A stretch of 64,000 nt of DNA from the human T2T-CHM13v2.0 reference genome, Homo sapiens. This document shows, piece by piece, positions 14,613-30,585 of this stretch. Every line of letters begins with the position of its first letter. The first letter of the stretch is position 1. The translations under genes and the position numbers were made by a program. Under the pieces are notes generated by a model that did no database searches, was not told the DNA's origin, and saw only the letters and a program-made list of their open reading frames with translations. The stretch lies in assembly GCF_009914755.1 (NCBI RefSeq), contig NC_060944.1, one strand, 5' to 3'.

Positions 14613-15132
14613 TAGAATCAATATTGTCAAAATGTCCATACTACCCAAAGCGATCTACAGAATTAATTCCATTCCTATCAAAATTCCAGTGGCATTGCTT
14701 ACAGAAATAGAACAAATAATCCTAAAATTCCTATGAAACCATGAAAGACCCCAAATTACTAAGGCAATCTTGAGCAAGAAGATCTAAGTTGGAGGCATCA
14801 CACAACCTGATTTCAAATATTATAGGCTGGACATGGTGACTCACACCTGTAATTCCAGCACTTTGGGAGGCTGAGGCGGGAGTTCGAGACCAACCTGGGC
14901 AACATAGCGAAACCCTGTTTCTATAAAAGAAAAAAAAAAAATCCAAAAAGTAGCTGGGCATGGTGGCGTGCACCTGTAGTCCCAGCTACTCAGGAGGCCA
15001 AGGTGGGAGGATCACTTGAGCCCAGGCATCGCATCAAGGCTGCAGTGAGCCGTAGTCATGCCACTGTACTCCAGCCTGGCTGAAAGAGTGAGATTATGTC
15101 TCAAAAAAAAAAATTATAATGCTATAATAATC

Positions 15133-15185
<53 letters not shown>

Positions 15186-15653
15186 CTATTACTCAGCCTT
15201 AAAAAAGAAAATCCTGACATTTGCAAAAACATGGTTGAACCTGGAGGACATTGTGCTAAGTGAAATAGGGCAGACACAGAAAGACAAATACTACAGGATC
15301 TCAGTTATATGTGGAATCTAAAAGAGTTGAACTAAGAGAGAGTAGAAGGGTGGTTTCCAGAGAGAGTAGAAGGGTTGTTGGGGAAATGGAGAGATGTTGA
15401 GCAAAGGTTACAAACTTGCAGTTATAAGATGAATAAATTTTGGCGACCTAATGTACAGCATGGTAATTACAGTTAATAATATGGTATTGTATACTTGAAA
15501 TTTGCTAAGAGAGTAGATCTTAAGTATTCTCGTCACAAAAAGTAACTGTGTGAGGTGGTGGATATGTTAATTAGCTTGATTGTGATAATCATGTCACAGT
15601 GTGAATATATAACATTTTTATTTGTCATTCATACCTTAATAAAACTGAAAAAA
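14613..15653 (+). mobile_element. Old L1M (L1MA-like) ORF2/3'UTR remnant interrupted by an Alu (14825-15110) and (CA)n
   Basis: agaatcaatattgtcaaaatgtccatactacccaaagcgatctacaga is L1 ORF2-like; L1MA-type 3'UTR and A-tail; flanking 19-nt direct repeat. Confidence 0.85.
15134..15184. repeat. (CA)n microsatellite
   Basis: About 25 CA units. Confidence 0.95.
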
Positions 15654-17245
15654 ATTTAAAGAATCTGCCCAGGTCACAGGAAGCCATCAGTCATACCCTG
15701 AGCTGTTGTGTAAGCTCAAAGAGTATGGTTTATAGCATATGGATGAGTGCTCTTGTGCCAACGCTGGGCTAAACCTTTACATCCAGTGTCTAATTAGGTA
15801 GTTTCTGTTATTATCCATGTTTTACCAAGGAGGAAACTGAGGCTTTTGGAGATTACATCATTTGGCCAATGTACCAGAGCTGGAAAGTTGCATAACTAAG
15901 ATTTCACTTGAGCTTTTTTTAGCTCCACATCTTCTATTTTTTCAGCTACACCAAAACGACTTCTTTAATTTAGCTTTGCTTTTCTGATAATAGTAACCAC
16001 CACCCTTTATTGAGCATCTTGTCATGTGAGCCAGGCATTATACATCCATTATTTCCAATCCCAGTAGAACCTTACAAGTAAAGTATCATTGTCCCCGTTT
16101 CACAGATGAAGAACCTGAGGTTCAGAGAGGTCAGGAATTTTGCCTCACAGATTTCATCTGAGACTAGAGTGAGCTCTCAACTATCATCCTGTACTTCCTT
16201 CATTCCTTACCTTTTCAGGTTCCTAGGAGGAAAGGACTCAAAAAAATTATGCATGAATTTCCTTTAATTTCACAACAACCCTAAGGGTTGGGGGTTGATA
16301 TCTCTGTTTTACAAAAGAAGAAACTGAGGCTCAGAGATGTTAAGTGATTTGCTCAGCGTCATGCAGCTAGCAATTGGTGGAGCCCCGATTCATACAGGCT
16401 CTGACCCATAGCTTAAGCTTACTTGCCTCCCCCATTCCCACCCCTCACCCCTCTTCGGCTCTGTCTCCTTGCAATGGGGGCAGAAAATCCAGCCTTTATT
16501 TCTCCAGGTCCTAGTAGTCCTGGGAGTCTGGGGGATTTCCAGCTCCTTTGAATTCCCTTTTTTGGCCTCTACTCTGCCTCCAGCACCTCTCTTAAGAGTC
16601 CTTTTCACTGTTGTCATAGCAAGGGTCTCATCTGGAGGGAAGCTGCCTTGAGGTTGGAACTATTTGGCTGCTTATCAGCAAGGCTTCAGGGCCTTGCCAT
16701 AGCAACTTTCCAAGCCACCCATCTTGTGACCTGTTCTGACTCAGGGCCCCTGGGAATCCCCTGGGTGCAGATGTTTGCAGTGACTAGGATGCAGCAGTCG
16801 GCTCCCAGGACTCTTTTTCTGGCCAAGGCCATTTTAGGAAGGCTTCTGTTCCAGCTGTGCTGGGAGAGTTGAGGTCCAGAGCCTCCAAACCTTAAGAATG
16901 CAGGGTTATGTGATGTCTAGAGCTGGAGTTTTTAGCCAGGGGCTTATGGGTTAAGAGCCCCCTGTGATCATAGGTATGGTTACACACACACGCAGAGAAT
17001 ATATACTTTTCTGGGCAAAGTATCTGTAGCTTCCCTCAAACTCTCAAATGTGTCTGTGACCCTTAAAGTTTAAGAACACTGGTCTAGAGAGAACCCAAAG
17101 TGTTGTGGGCCACTGTGCTCCCTTGGCCACCAGCCTCTCAGATGCCAGAATCTTGAGAGAGCACACCAGGCCTCTAGTGTTTCTGCTTAGGCATGAACTG
17201 GGATACAGTATCAAATATTGCTGAAGTTCACAATTATAACTATAA

Positions 17246-17580
<335 letters not shown>

Positions 17581-18944
17581 TGCCCCTGGTGCTGTAAAAG
17601 TACAACTGTCCTGTGGATGCCCCAAGTACAACCACGAAAATGCATGCCCAGCACCCCAAACATGTCAACATGTTTGAACATAGTATATTCACCCCATAAG
17701 TGGTAGCCAATTTTTTATTTTATTAAATATTAAATAAATTAATTTTAAACACATTTTTGTTTTGTTTTACTCTTATCATTGTTATTATTTATTTGGTCAG
17801 GAGCCAGGAATCAGATGGTTATTTAGTCACTGAGTGATTAAAATCTATATGTCAGGAGCTGTGCTATATTTCAAAGATACAGTGACAAACAAGAAAGGCA
17901 GGGTACCTACCCTCTTGGAATCAGTTGGAATGGCAGATAATGAACAAATGTATCAGCATCATGCCTGGCTCACGGGACATTTCTGTGTGTATTTGTCGAA
18001 TGACTGTTGAATGAATTTCGACTGAGTCATTATTAGGAAGAAGTCAAGGTGCTGCAGGTGGCAGGCAAGGAAACTTCATCTCTTCTGGTGGGTCAGGGAA
18101 GAGGAAGAGGGACTCAGGCTAAAGGGCCTACGCCCCAGGCTGCCAGGAATTACACAGGACTGTTTACAGGGGGCTGGCATTCCCATGAAGACTGGAGGTG
18201 TGGGGGGAGGGCTGGAATACTGAACAACCAAGGGCTTAGGAACCTTGAGTAAATGATGTTAATGTGGGCCAGAGGTACGGATGACATCTACACTCTGCTC
18301 AAGTAGTGATGGTCCCTGGCTTGCAAACATGTTGCTCTTCCAGGTTCCAAGGGAGGCTGTTGTTCAACCGGTATTTACCTATGTAGCAAGTTCTGGGTTC
18401 GGAACCCTACTTCTCTCAGGAGGCAGGAAGGATGGAAGGACATCCCTCCTGCAGCTGAAGACGGCAGAGCCCCAGCCACTGCTGGCAGTGGCCGTGGACA
18501 CACAGTGCAGTGTCTGAGCAGTGTGTGAAGAGACTCCCTTACTGTCTGAAGGGCTTCACTCACCCTACACTAGTGAGAAGCCTCTGAATATTGTCATGGA
18601 AGGGAAGCATTCACATATTAAGGGTAAAATCAAAGTCAGAGCAAAATTTAAAGTCTGCTCTTTGCCCCTCAAGACCCTGAAAGTCCCCAGTGACTGTCAT
18701 TCCACTCACCTCCTCTCCCATTCACTGCTCCCCAGCCCCATGGCCTCTTATTAGTCTTTCTGGGCAGCAGGCTCCCCTTGCCTCTTGCATGCTGTGCCCT
18801 CTGCCTCGCATACTTAGATGTATATGCAGAAGTGGTTTCTAAACTCCTCTCTCTCATCATGTGTGTGGGCTGTGATACCCAACCATCAGTAACAGCAGCT
18901 GATGAGGACAGTGATCATTAGCTAGAGAGCACACCCTCAGTCGC

Positions 18945-19056
18945 TCCACCCAGCATTATTAGAATAATAATAATTCCCCACCAGGTCCCCCCACCCGGCA
19001 TTATTAGAATAATAATAATCCCCCACCAGATCCCCCCACCTGGCTTTATTAGAATT
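18945..19056. repeat. 45-bp tandem repeat, ~2.5 copies
   Basis: GC(A/T)TTATTAGAAT recurs at 18953, 18998 and 19043. Confidence 0.85.
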
Positions 19057-19349
19057 ACTATGAGAAACTATCCTCTAGTGATTCTGTTAATTGTGATTTT
19101 TGCCCCCCTACTACCACTGGTTAAGAATTACGGGCTTATGAACTGAGCTCCCTAACTAGACCATGGACTTCCCTCAGGGGCACAATGGTATCTTACTGTT
19201 TTTGTATCTGTGGTATCTAGTCCCAAGCCTAGTATACACTGAGGGATCAGTGAAATTTTTCTGAAGGAATGGATGAATACTATAGAGATAATATCTTGCT
19301 TCTTTTCATTCTCCACGGTGTATTTTGGAGATGCATTTTATAGAATTAG

Positions 19350-20600
19350 AGGAACTAGAATTGACACAAACTGTCTTCAACCCATGAAAGTCTGTGCTTC
19401 CATGAAGGTCTCTGGAAAGCAGCAGAACAGTCCATCTGGATCACTGCTTGGTGGCTGGGCATGCTGGGTCCTCCCCGGGCCTCCTGCTGCGGATGTATGA
19501 TCTAAATTTGCCGAGGCTCAGCTACACAGCAAGGTTCTCAGAGAGTGGCAGTCTCCATCCTACTGTGAAAGGAGGGGCAGTTTTCCAAGGACTTCCTTGC
19601 TTTCCTGCCCTTCCTTCAGAGCTAGAAGACTCTTACCTCCCTTACCCCAGAGCTAGAAGTAACATTAGAGATTGCTTCAGTTATCCACTTCTGCATAATC
19701 CATCACCCCTGTTACTCAGTGGTTTAAAACAACAGCAATAGTTTCTTATATCTCATGGTTTCTGTGGGTCAGGAATTTGGGAACAGCTTGGCTGGGCAGT
19801 TCTGGCTTGGATCTTTTATGCAGTTGCAGTTAGATGGTGGCTGGAACTGGAGCAGCTTGGGGCCAGCACCGCTGAAGGCTGGCCGGCTGCTGCTCTTTCC
19901 TGGCCGTCTCAGGACCTCTCCCCTGTGGTTACTTCATAGGGCCTGTTTGGGCTTCCTCACAGCACGGCCACCTCAGATTTCCCATATGCAGCTCAATGCT
20001 CTAGAGGCAGGTTTCCCCAGAGAGAGCTAGGTGAAAGCTGTATAACCCTTTATAGCCTCATCTTGGAGGTGACACAAAATCATTTTTGTTGCATTCTATT
20101 TGTTAGAGGTCATTAAGGCCAGCTCGTTCGGGGAAATTGAAATTAAACTCTACCTCCCGAGAGGAGGAATGTCAGATAATTTGCAGACATGTTTCAGAAC
20201 CACCACAGAGATACCCAGTTTCCCCCTTCATTCCACACTTGAGACTCCCGAGGTTTGAGGGGAAGAGCCTTGTCCAGAGGTGCCCAGCCTGGCATGGGCA
20301 GACCTGGAGTGTGACCCAGCCCCTAGGCCTTTGGCAGGCCTGCCAGGAAGTGATCTCACTTTCCCTTCCTTCCTGTCCCCTCACAGTAAGATAGAGACTG
20401 CCACTCTCTGGGAACCTTGCTGTGTAGCTGAGCCTCAGCAAGTTTGATAATACAGACACAGCAGGAGGCCTGGGGAGGACCCAGCATGCCCGGCCACCAA
20501 GCAGTGATGCAGCTGGACTGTTCCGCAGCTTTCCAGAGACCTCCATGGAAGCACAGACTTCCATGGGTTGAAGAGAGTTTGTGTCACAATTCCAGTCCCT
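19350..20600. repeat. Inverted duplication: arms 19350-19568 and 20381-20600, ~810-bp spacer
   Basis: Manual reverse-complement alignment gives about 22 differences over ~220 nt. Confidence 0.93.
19670..20205 (-). mobile_element. Ancient MLT1-type MaLR LTR
   Basis: ggtttaaaacaaca...tctcatggtttctgtgggtcaggaatttggga...cttggctgggcagttctggc is a typical MLT1 end. Subfamily not determined. Confidence 0.65.
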
Positions 20601-21212
20601 AGCCCTGGCCCTGTGTGAAGTAGTAACACCGCCCTGCCAGTAGGATATAGCTGCTGAGGAGGTAAGAGTTTTAAAAAATTCATACCCCAAAATAATTATT
20701 TTTACTCTTGCTGTGAAGTTAGATACCAAAGAGTAGAATGTGGTGGTAGAATCAAGAGAGTCAACCCAACATCACTGAAAAGATTCTGAAGGTTTGTATC
20801 CAGCTGAATATCCAAAACAGGATGTTGCTTAAGCATGGGTAAAATGCATCTGGTGTATGTTTTAGACAGCCTTGTACTATGTTTTCCAGGGACTTGCTTA
20901 CTTTCTTGCCCTTCCTTAAGAAATGCCTTATTATGAAGCTGGGGGCAGGGGAAAAAGAAGGTCAGAAAAGGGAATGGGTACTTTTCAGTAAATCCATACT
21001 ACATGCCAGGCATAATACTAATTCACTCCCCTGCTTTATAGCCTAATAGCACAGGCTCCATCTGGCTCCAAGCTCCCTAACCTTGCTGAGTTTCAGCTGC
21101 CTCTTTTGTACTATGGGATAATGATACTTTCTGTCATAGAGTTGCTATAAAATTAAATGCTTGTAAGATGCTTAGCACAGTCTGGCATGCAGTAAGAAAG
21201 AACTGTGTAACA

Positions 21213-21587
<375 letters not shown>

Positions 21588-24221
21588 TTATAGAAGGGGT
21601 GTCTGCAGTTAGGTGAGGTGCCCAGCATCATGTGCCACTGTAGGGACAGCAGCTGAGACTCTGAAGTCCTTGTGGCATCCACCACACCACATTACCCTCC
21701 GGGCAGCTCTGCCAGGGCTTTCCTGACATGCAATAGTTGGGGGCAGAGGAACTCAGGAGGCTTTGTGCCCTACAGGAGCCCCATGTCAGGTCCTAGAGCA
21801 AGAACATTTGAAAAACCAAGGCCAGGAATCCATTTATCCACTTAGGAGGCTCTATAGGGAGCAGGGTTACAGAGAATGTTGTACACAGAGGAAATAGTCT
21901 AGTAAAGGCTTTGAGGTCAGGAATTAAATGAGGTTTGAGGATTTAAAGAGAGGCCCAGTGTGACCAGAGCAAAATGGACCAAGAAGAGAGTAGAAATGAG
22001 ACAAAGGCTCATCTGCAGAGGCAGGCAGGGCCAGGTCAATGCAGGGCTTCAGGGACTGGCATCAGGAGAGTGGATTTCACTAGATGTGAAATAGAAAAGC
22101 ATCAGAAGTTGAACGAAGCAGGGAAATTCCAGTGATCCAATTTCCATTTTGAGAACGTTACCCTGCCTGCCATATAAAAAATAGACCCTGGGCTAGGGGT
22201 GAGAGAGACACAGGACTCTGGTCAGGGTCTCTGCTCAGAGTCCTGGTGAGACATTCCGGAGCCTGGGTGGTGCATGTGGAGGAGAGAGGTCAGCAGATTC
22301 AAGCTCTGTTTTGCAGGTAGAAACAAAAGGACCAGGCTGGGCACTGTTGCTCATGCCTGTAATCCCAGCTCTTTGGGAGGCCAAGGTGGGAGGATTGCTT
22401 GAGGCCAGGAATTTAAGACTAGGCTGGGCAGCATCGTAAGACCCTGTCTCTACAAAAACATTAAAAAAAAAAAGAAGAAGAAATGACAGGACTGGGTAAA
22501 GAATTGTCCATGGGTGGTGAAGAAGAAGCGAGGTCAGGGATGGTCCTGGGTTTCCAGCTGGGCAGATGGTGGTGCCCTTGCTCAGTTGGGAAGGCCGTGG
22601 CGAGCAGGCTGGTGACTTGACGTCTGAAGCTTGCAGTGCTGTGGGATAGCCAAATGACACGCTCAATAGGCTGAGTCAGAAATCTAGAACTCTTAAGAGA
22701 GGGTTGCAGCTCTTTGAAGGTCACCAACATAGATTATTTCGGGAAAGGATAAGAGCCCCTCGGGAGCAAACAGAAGAGACTGGCGTCCTAACACAAAGGT
22801 CCCGGCAGTAGCAGGTGCCTGTGCAGACTGGTTGGAGGGAGGCCCAAAGGGTGTGGTGTCTGGAAGTCCCATGAAGAGAATGGTCCGGGAAGAAATGAGT
22901 TGGAAGAGGAGGACAGAAAGGTGTCCCTGGGGATAGGCACCGTAGAAGTCACTCAGGACCTTGTCTGACTTGAGCACCCTGACCTTCCCTTCCTATCACT
23001 GCCTGCATCCAGGCCTGCTTGGGTCTAGGCCTGGCAGGTGCAGAGGCCAAGGCCCGGCCTCTCTGCCTCCAAACAAAGCCTCACCCAGGGCCACTCTTTG
23101 AATGGCAACAGGCACTGCCCAGGCAGGCGACAGGCTCCTCTCCGGTGACCTTGTGCTGGATGTGCCCCAAGGCGCTGGGTAGGGCTTTGCAGCCAGCCCC
23201 AGGCAGGCCACACATGGATAGAACCGGCAGCCCTCCCTTTTCCCAGGTTCTTGGAATATTCTCATTTTGGGGCTCTGAGTTTTCTGTTGGCCTCAGTGCC
23301 TCTCTTTTCTGGCTTTCTATCACAGAGAGAAGCCGCTACCCTTGAAATTTGATGAATGCCTGTTCAGTAGGCCCTGGCATTTCTGTTTCCACGGCCCTTT
23401 CGTCCCTCAGAGAAGCCTTAGAGAGCATTTTGCCCACCCCTGATAAAACTTCTCCCATAAGACCAGGTCCCACTTCTGTGCTTCATGTCTTCTGCAAAAG
23501 TCTGTTTGCTTTTTGTATGGTTTCTGCAAATACTGAATTTTTGAAAAAGAAAAAAAAACAGGAAATGACCTTTCTAGTATATTTGGAAAACAATTTGGAG
23601 CTTGTAATGGAATCTGCCTGAGCAATGAGGACTAATAGCTGCAGACTTGGAACAGACCATGTAGCTCTTGGCAGAGCCTGGGGCCTCTTCAGTTTACAAA
23701 GCTGGGGGGAGTATTAGAAACCCACGGGAGAAGTGGCTTCCTGTGGGGAAATGCCCAGAGCAGGCACCTGCAGGCACTGTAACCTCTGACCCCAGGGCCC
23801 CAAAAGGCCTGGGGACAGAGTATAAGGGCTTCACCCTTTGTCCTGGGCATTCAAGGTCAATCACATGTCTGGCAATCATCCAGATCCCACAAGATACCAA
23901 AACCTCCTGAGGATGAGGAAAAGAAAGAGCTTCATTCTTTAGCACCCTGTAGGGCTCAGGCTGAGCTAGAAGATTCTAGATTGTTTTTAGACTCAAATTG
24001 CCTGTTGGCTCTCTGGGTCCCTCTCTATCCAACTTTTCTGTAGATTTCAGCAAAAACCACCTCCTCAGAGAGGCCTTTCCTGATCATACAGCCATTAACT
24101 GCATGATCCACATGCAGAGAACCCTCTCCTCTTCTCCCATAGCACATACCATAATCTGTGATAAGATTCATTTACTTGTGCAGTGCCTTTTTCTCTTTAC
24201 ACATTGTAAATATCTTTTTTA

Positions 24222-24659
<438 letters not shown>

Positions 24660-26619
24660 TCATTATTTAGATGGTGGGAAAGGAAGCTGAGAGAGAAGGG
24701 GACTCATCAAGGGTCACCCTATTGCGCGGGTATTGAACCAGATCTTCAGCCACTGTTATGATGCAGGGCCGCACATTCTTTGCTCTTCTTTCCCTGTAAT
24801 CTAGAACATCTTCTATTATTCACTTGTTCATCAGCTATTCATTGAGCTTCAAGTATGTGCAGGGCCTTCTGGACGTAACAGTAAACACACCAGCCAGGGT
24901 CACCACTTCTGGGGAATTTATATTCTTACCACACAACACCATAAAGCACCAAAGAAGGAAGTTTTAATCTTCTGTAGCACCGTTAAACAGAGTAAAAACA
25001 AAGGAGCTGAATGAAATGTCCAAAGGCAGGTTTTACTAACTCAGCCCCCAAATGAACCATCCTAATCATTTATTAATTGCATTCCACTTACATTCCCCAT
25101 CACTTACTACACTTTTTGCATCACCATCTTATTGAATCTTCATAACAGCCCCCTGAACTGCAGGGTGTGACTGTTAGCCCCGCTTTGCTGAGGTGAGGGG
25201 AGTTGTGCACGGCCCACAGCTGGTAAACAACAAAGCTGGGCTGGACGAGCACCCTAGATGCCTTCTACCCTGCCACCCATTCCCCTCAGAGATTTGTAAT
25301 GTCATCAGGGACTCCCAAGGGGGCAGTGTGATGTGGGGAAAAGAGCTCTGGACCGGGAGTTAGGACCGCTAGATCAAGAACCCTGGGCAAGTGCCTTGCC
25401 CTTTCTGAGCCTCCGTTTCCGCAGCTGTTGATGAGAGGCTTGTCTAGATGAGCTCTGGGATGTCTTTCGGTTAGATTCTACAACAACTTTTCATTAATTG
25501 AACAGGTATTTGCCCTGTGATGGTCCTGAATGAATCAAAGCTGTCTCCCTGCTGGAGATAGGTCATGGGCTGTTGGAAGTAAAGGTTTAGAACTCAGGAG
25601 AGAAAAGACTGTAGACCCATGTGTTAGGGCATATTAGTAATCATATATTGAGAACATCCTTCCGTGTCAATATACATAAATGGATTGGCCTGATTCTTTT
25701 TAATCATTGAAGGTTTCTGAACTGAGCATGAGGATGAGCCAACTGATGTTGGGGAATGTCCCTCTTGAAGTAGAGGACAGAGGGCTTGAGGATGAATTGG
25801 GGGTGGGGGTGGTGAGGAATAAGTGAGAAGACTGGGGGCAGAAAAGCCAGTTGGGGAAGGTTGTAGTAGACTGGATAGAGATGATGAAGCGTAACTGAGG
25901 CCATGATTACTGCATGGAGAAAATGGGAAGATGGACCTGAAGAGAGAAAATAATTGAACCTGGGTAATTGAGCTTTAAGGTGCAGGATGCCTTCTTAAAG
26001 AGAGGAAGAAGTCAGGCATGAGTTACGGGTAATAGGTTTTTGACTTGCATAATTGATTGTGGAGGTGGCTCCTGACTAAGGGAATGAATGAGAGAGAGTC
26101 CTGGAGGAGGGAGAGCATAATTTTGTTGATATCCTCCGGGAGGATTCATCTAGATGTCTGCAGCTCAGCAATGAGGGGATCGACATTGAAATGAATGGAA
26201 GATGATGTCATGAGAGAGAACGAGACGTGTAGAACAATTAGAGAAACATTAGAAGAGAGTAAAGGATGGAATTAAGGAGATATACAAGTAGTCAAGGTGT
26301 TGGACTAGGAGAATGTAAAAGAGCATTCTGAGAAGTTGAAGGCAGTTGCTTTACTGCCTGAGCCTTAGTTTCCTCATTTCTAAAATGAGGATTAGAATCG
26401 TGCCTACTCGTTGTGTTTAGGGTTACATGAGAGAATGTGTGGAAGGCACTTACCTTGCATATCAGAAGTAGAACTCATGCAATAATTCATCATTCATTCC
26501 GTAAGTAAGAGTCAAGCACCAGCATATGCCAGGCAGCTGGGCCAGCCCTTTGGAGTACACAGAGGAGCAAAAGGGAAGTCTGAGTGCCTGACCTTGTGGG
26601 AGAGGAATTGTGAAAGAAA

Positions 26620-28150
26620 GAAGACTCAATATCATAAAAATGTGATTTCTATCTACATTCAGGTACCAGATATTACTATATATATTTAATGCAGTCCTGA
26701 TAAATACAAGATAAATTGGGGGACAAGTTAAATGACTATTAAGTTTATAAGAAAACATAGATCAGCAAAAACAGCCAGAAAAAAAAAATCTAAAGTCAAA
26801 AAAGATTTGAGCTATGAGAAGGAAACCATCCTACAACATGATACTAGTATATGAGTAGACAGATCAGCTGGAGAGATTAAAAGATTCAGAAACAGGCCAG
26901 GTGCGGTGGCTCACGCCTGTAATCCCAGCACTTTGGGAGGCCGAGACGGGCGGATCACGAGGCCAGGAGATCGAGACCATCCTGGCTGACACGGTGAAAC
27001 CCCGTCTCTACTGAACAAAATACAAAAAATTAGCCGGGTGTGGTAGCAGGCGCCTGAGTCCCAGCTACTCAGGAGGCTGAGGCAGGAGAATGGCGTGAAC
27101 CCAGGAGGCGGAGCTTGCAGTGAGTCCAGATTGCACCACTGCACTCCAGCCTGGGCGACAGAGTGAGACTCCGTCTCAAAAAAAAAAAAAAAAAAAAAAA
27201 GATTCAGAAACAGACCCCAATACACAGTTTTGTATGTAACAATGATAGCTTTTTACATCAATGAGGAAATGATGGATTACTCCACAAATGATTTGAGATA
27301 GGTAGAAAAAATTAAGGTGGCTCGCTAATTCATACCTTATTACAGATAAATTCTAGATCAAAGATTTAAATGTGAAAAGGGAAGCCATAAAAGTACTAGA
27401 GAGGCCAGGCGTGGTGGCTCACACCTGTAATCCCAGCAGTTTGGGAGGCTCAGGCAGGAGTATCACTTGAGCCCAGGAGTTCAAAACCAGCCTGGGCAAC
27501 ATAGTGAGACCCCATCTCTTAAAAAAAAAAGAATTAGCTGGGCACATTAGCATGCACCTGTAGTCCCAGCTTCTCAGGAAGCTAAGCTAGGAGGATCTCT
27601 TGAGCCCAGGAGTTCAAGGTTGCTGTGAGCTAGGCTGGCACCGCTACACTCCAGCCTGGGTGACTCCAGACCCTGTCTCAAAAAACAAAGTACCAGAAAT
27701 AAACAAAGGGATTTCTTTACTAATCTTAGAGTGGGGAAGACATTTCTAATTATGTTACAAAGCCCAGAAACCATAAAATAAAATAAAGATCAATTTTACT
27801 AATGAATATAAAAATATGTATGTGGGGAGAAGTGCCGAAAAATAAAGTCAAAGTACAAATGACAAGTAAAAAATACTAGTAACTCCTAATTAGACAAAAG
27901 ACTAATTGCCTTAATATATTAAGAACTCCTACAAATCAATAAGAAAAAGACCTAAAATCCATTAGAAGTGGGCAAAAGAATTTGAAGAAACAGTAAACAG
28001 AAAAGGAGATGCAAGTGGGAAGATGCTCAGGTTCACTCCTAGGAGCAGTAGGAACTAAAACAATCAGGCACTGGTTTTAAAACCACCTTTTAGATTAGGA
28101 ACAAAACAGCATTAAGAAGACTGTGGTGAAGGAAAGTGCTCATCTGATAT
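26620..28150 (+). mobile_element. Degraded L1M remnant with nested Alus (26894-27200 AluY-like; 27402-27690 AluJ-like)
   Basis: A-rich L1 ORF2-like text (aagaactcctacaaatcaataagaaaaagac, tgggcaaaaga) plus Alu consensus. Confidence 0.75.
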
Positions 28151-28163
28151 ACCTACTGGGGAT

Positions 28164-28820
<657 letters not shown>

Positions 28821-29086
28821 GGAACTAACTTCTGTGGGGAGAAGTTGGCAATACCTGTTATAATAAAAAAGTCACAGATCCTTTGAGGTGGCAATTCCAC
28901 TTTTATAGAAACAATCCTCAGGTCCATCAACAGGGAAGTAATTAAATCAATCTACAACAGTGAGACAACAGAGTATCATGCAGACAATAAAAGGAACAAT
29001 TTAGTTATTACTTTGGGTTTGTTTTCAGTGTGTTGATGTAATCAGTGCTGCAGTGGCTTCAGAGTGATCTACAGTTGTTTCCAAGG

Positions 29087-29116
29087 TGTGTGTGTGTGTG
29101 TGTTTGTGTGTGTATA

Positions 29117-29167
<51 letters not shown>
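29087..29167. repeat. Compound (TG)n(TA)n(T)n at an Alu tail
   Basis: Direct reading. Confidence 0.9.
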
Positions 29168-29766
<599 letters not shown>

Positions 29767-30263
29767 AAAATTTTGTTTTAAATAAAGGAAAAAGGAAGGG
29801 AAGGAGAAAAAGGGGGAACATATATATTGCATAAATTTTGTCTGGAAGGACACCAAAACGTGCTTGCCTTGGGGAGGGTGTCTGGATCGGATGGGAAGGG
29901 AGACTAAGCTCTTATCTCTGTCCTTTTGGACCTTTTGAGTTTTAGACCACATGCACACATAATCTAAAATTAAGTAATTTTAAGATGAAGTGAATGTGTT
30001 CACTATAAAAAGGAAATATAACAGATTTTAAAATTACTTATAAAAATATTAATGTATGTAATTATATCACTGGTATTCTTTTTCATTTAACTATATGTGA
30101 ACATTTTGCCATTTCTTTAAAAAATATTCACAAACATCATTTTAATGCCTGAATGGTATTTCATTTAGATACAAATTAGTTAAGTATGTATATATTAATA
30201 ATTCTCCATTGTCCGTTTAGGACATGTGACACATCCATTTAGGAACTCATTTTGGTGTCTTTA

Positions 30264-30585
<322 letters not shown>

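Noticed and set aside
20172-20729. 185-aa ORF with a paralogous peptide at 19273-19741
   Set aside because: The similarity is explained by the DNA inverted duplication, and the frame is broken between the copies.
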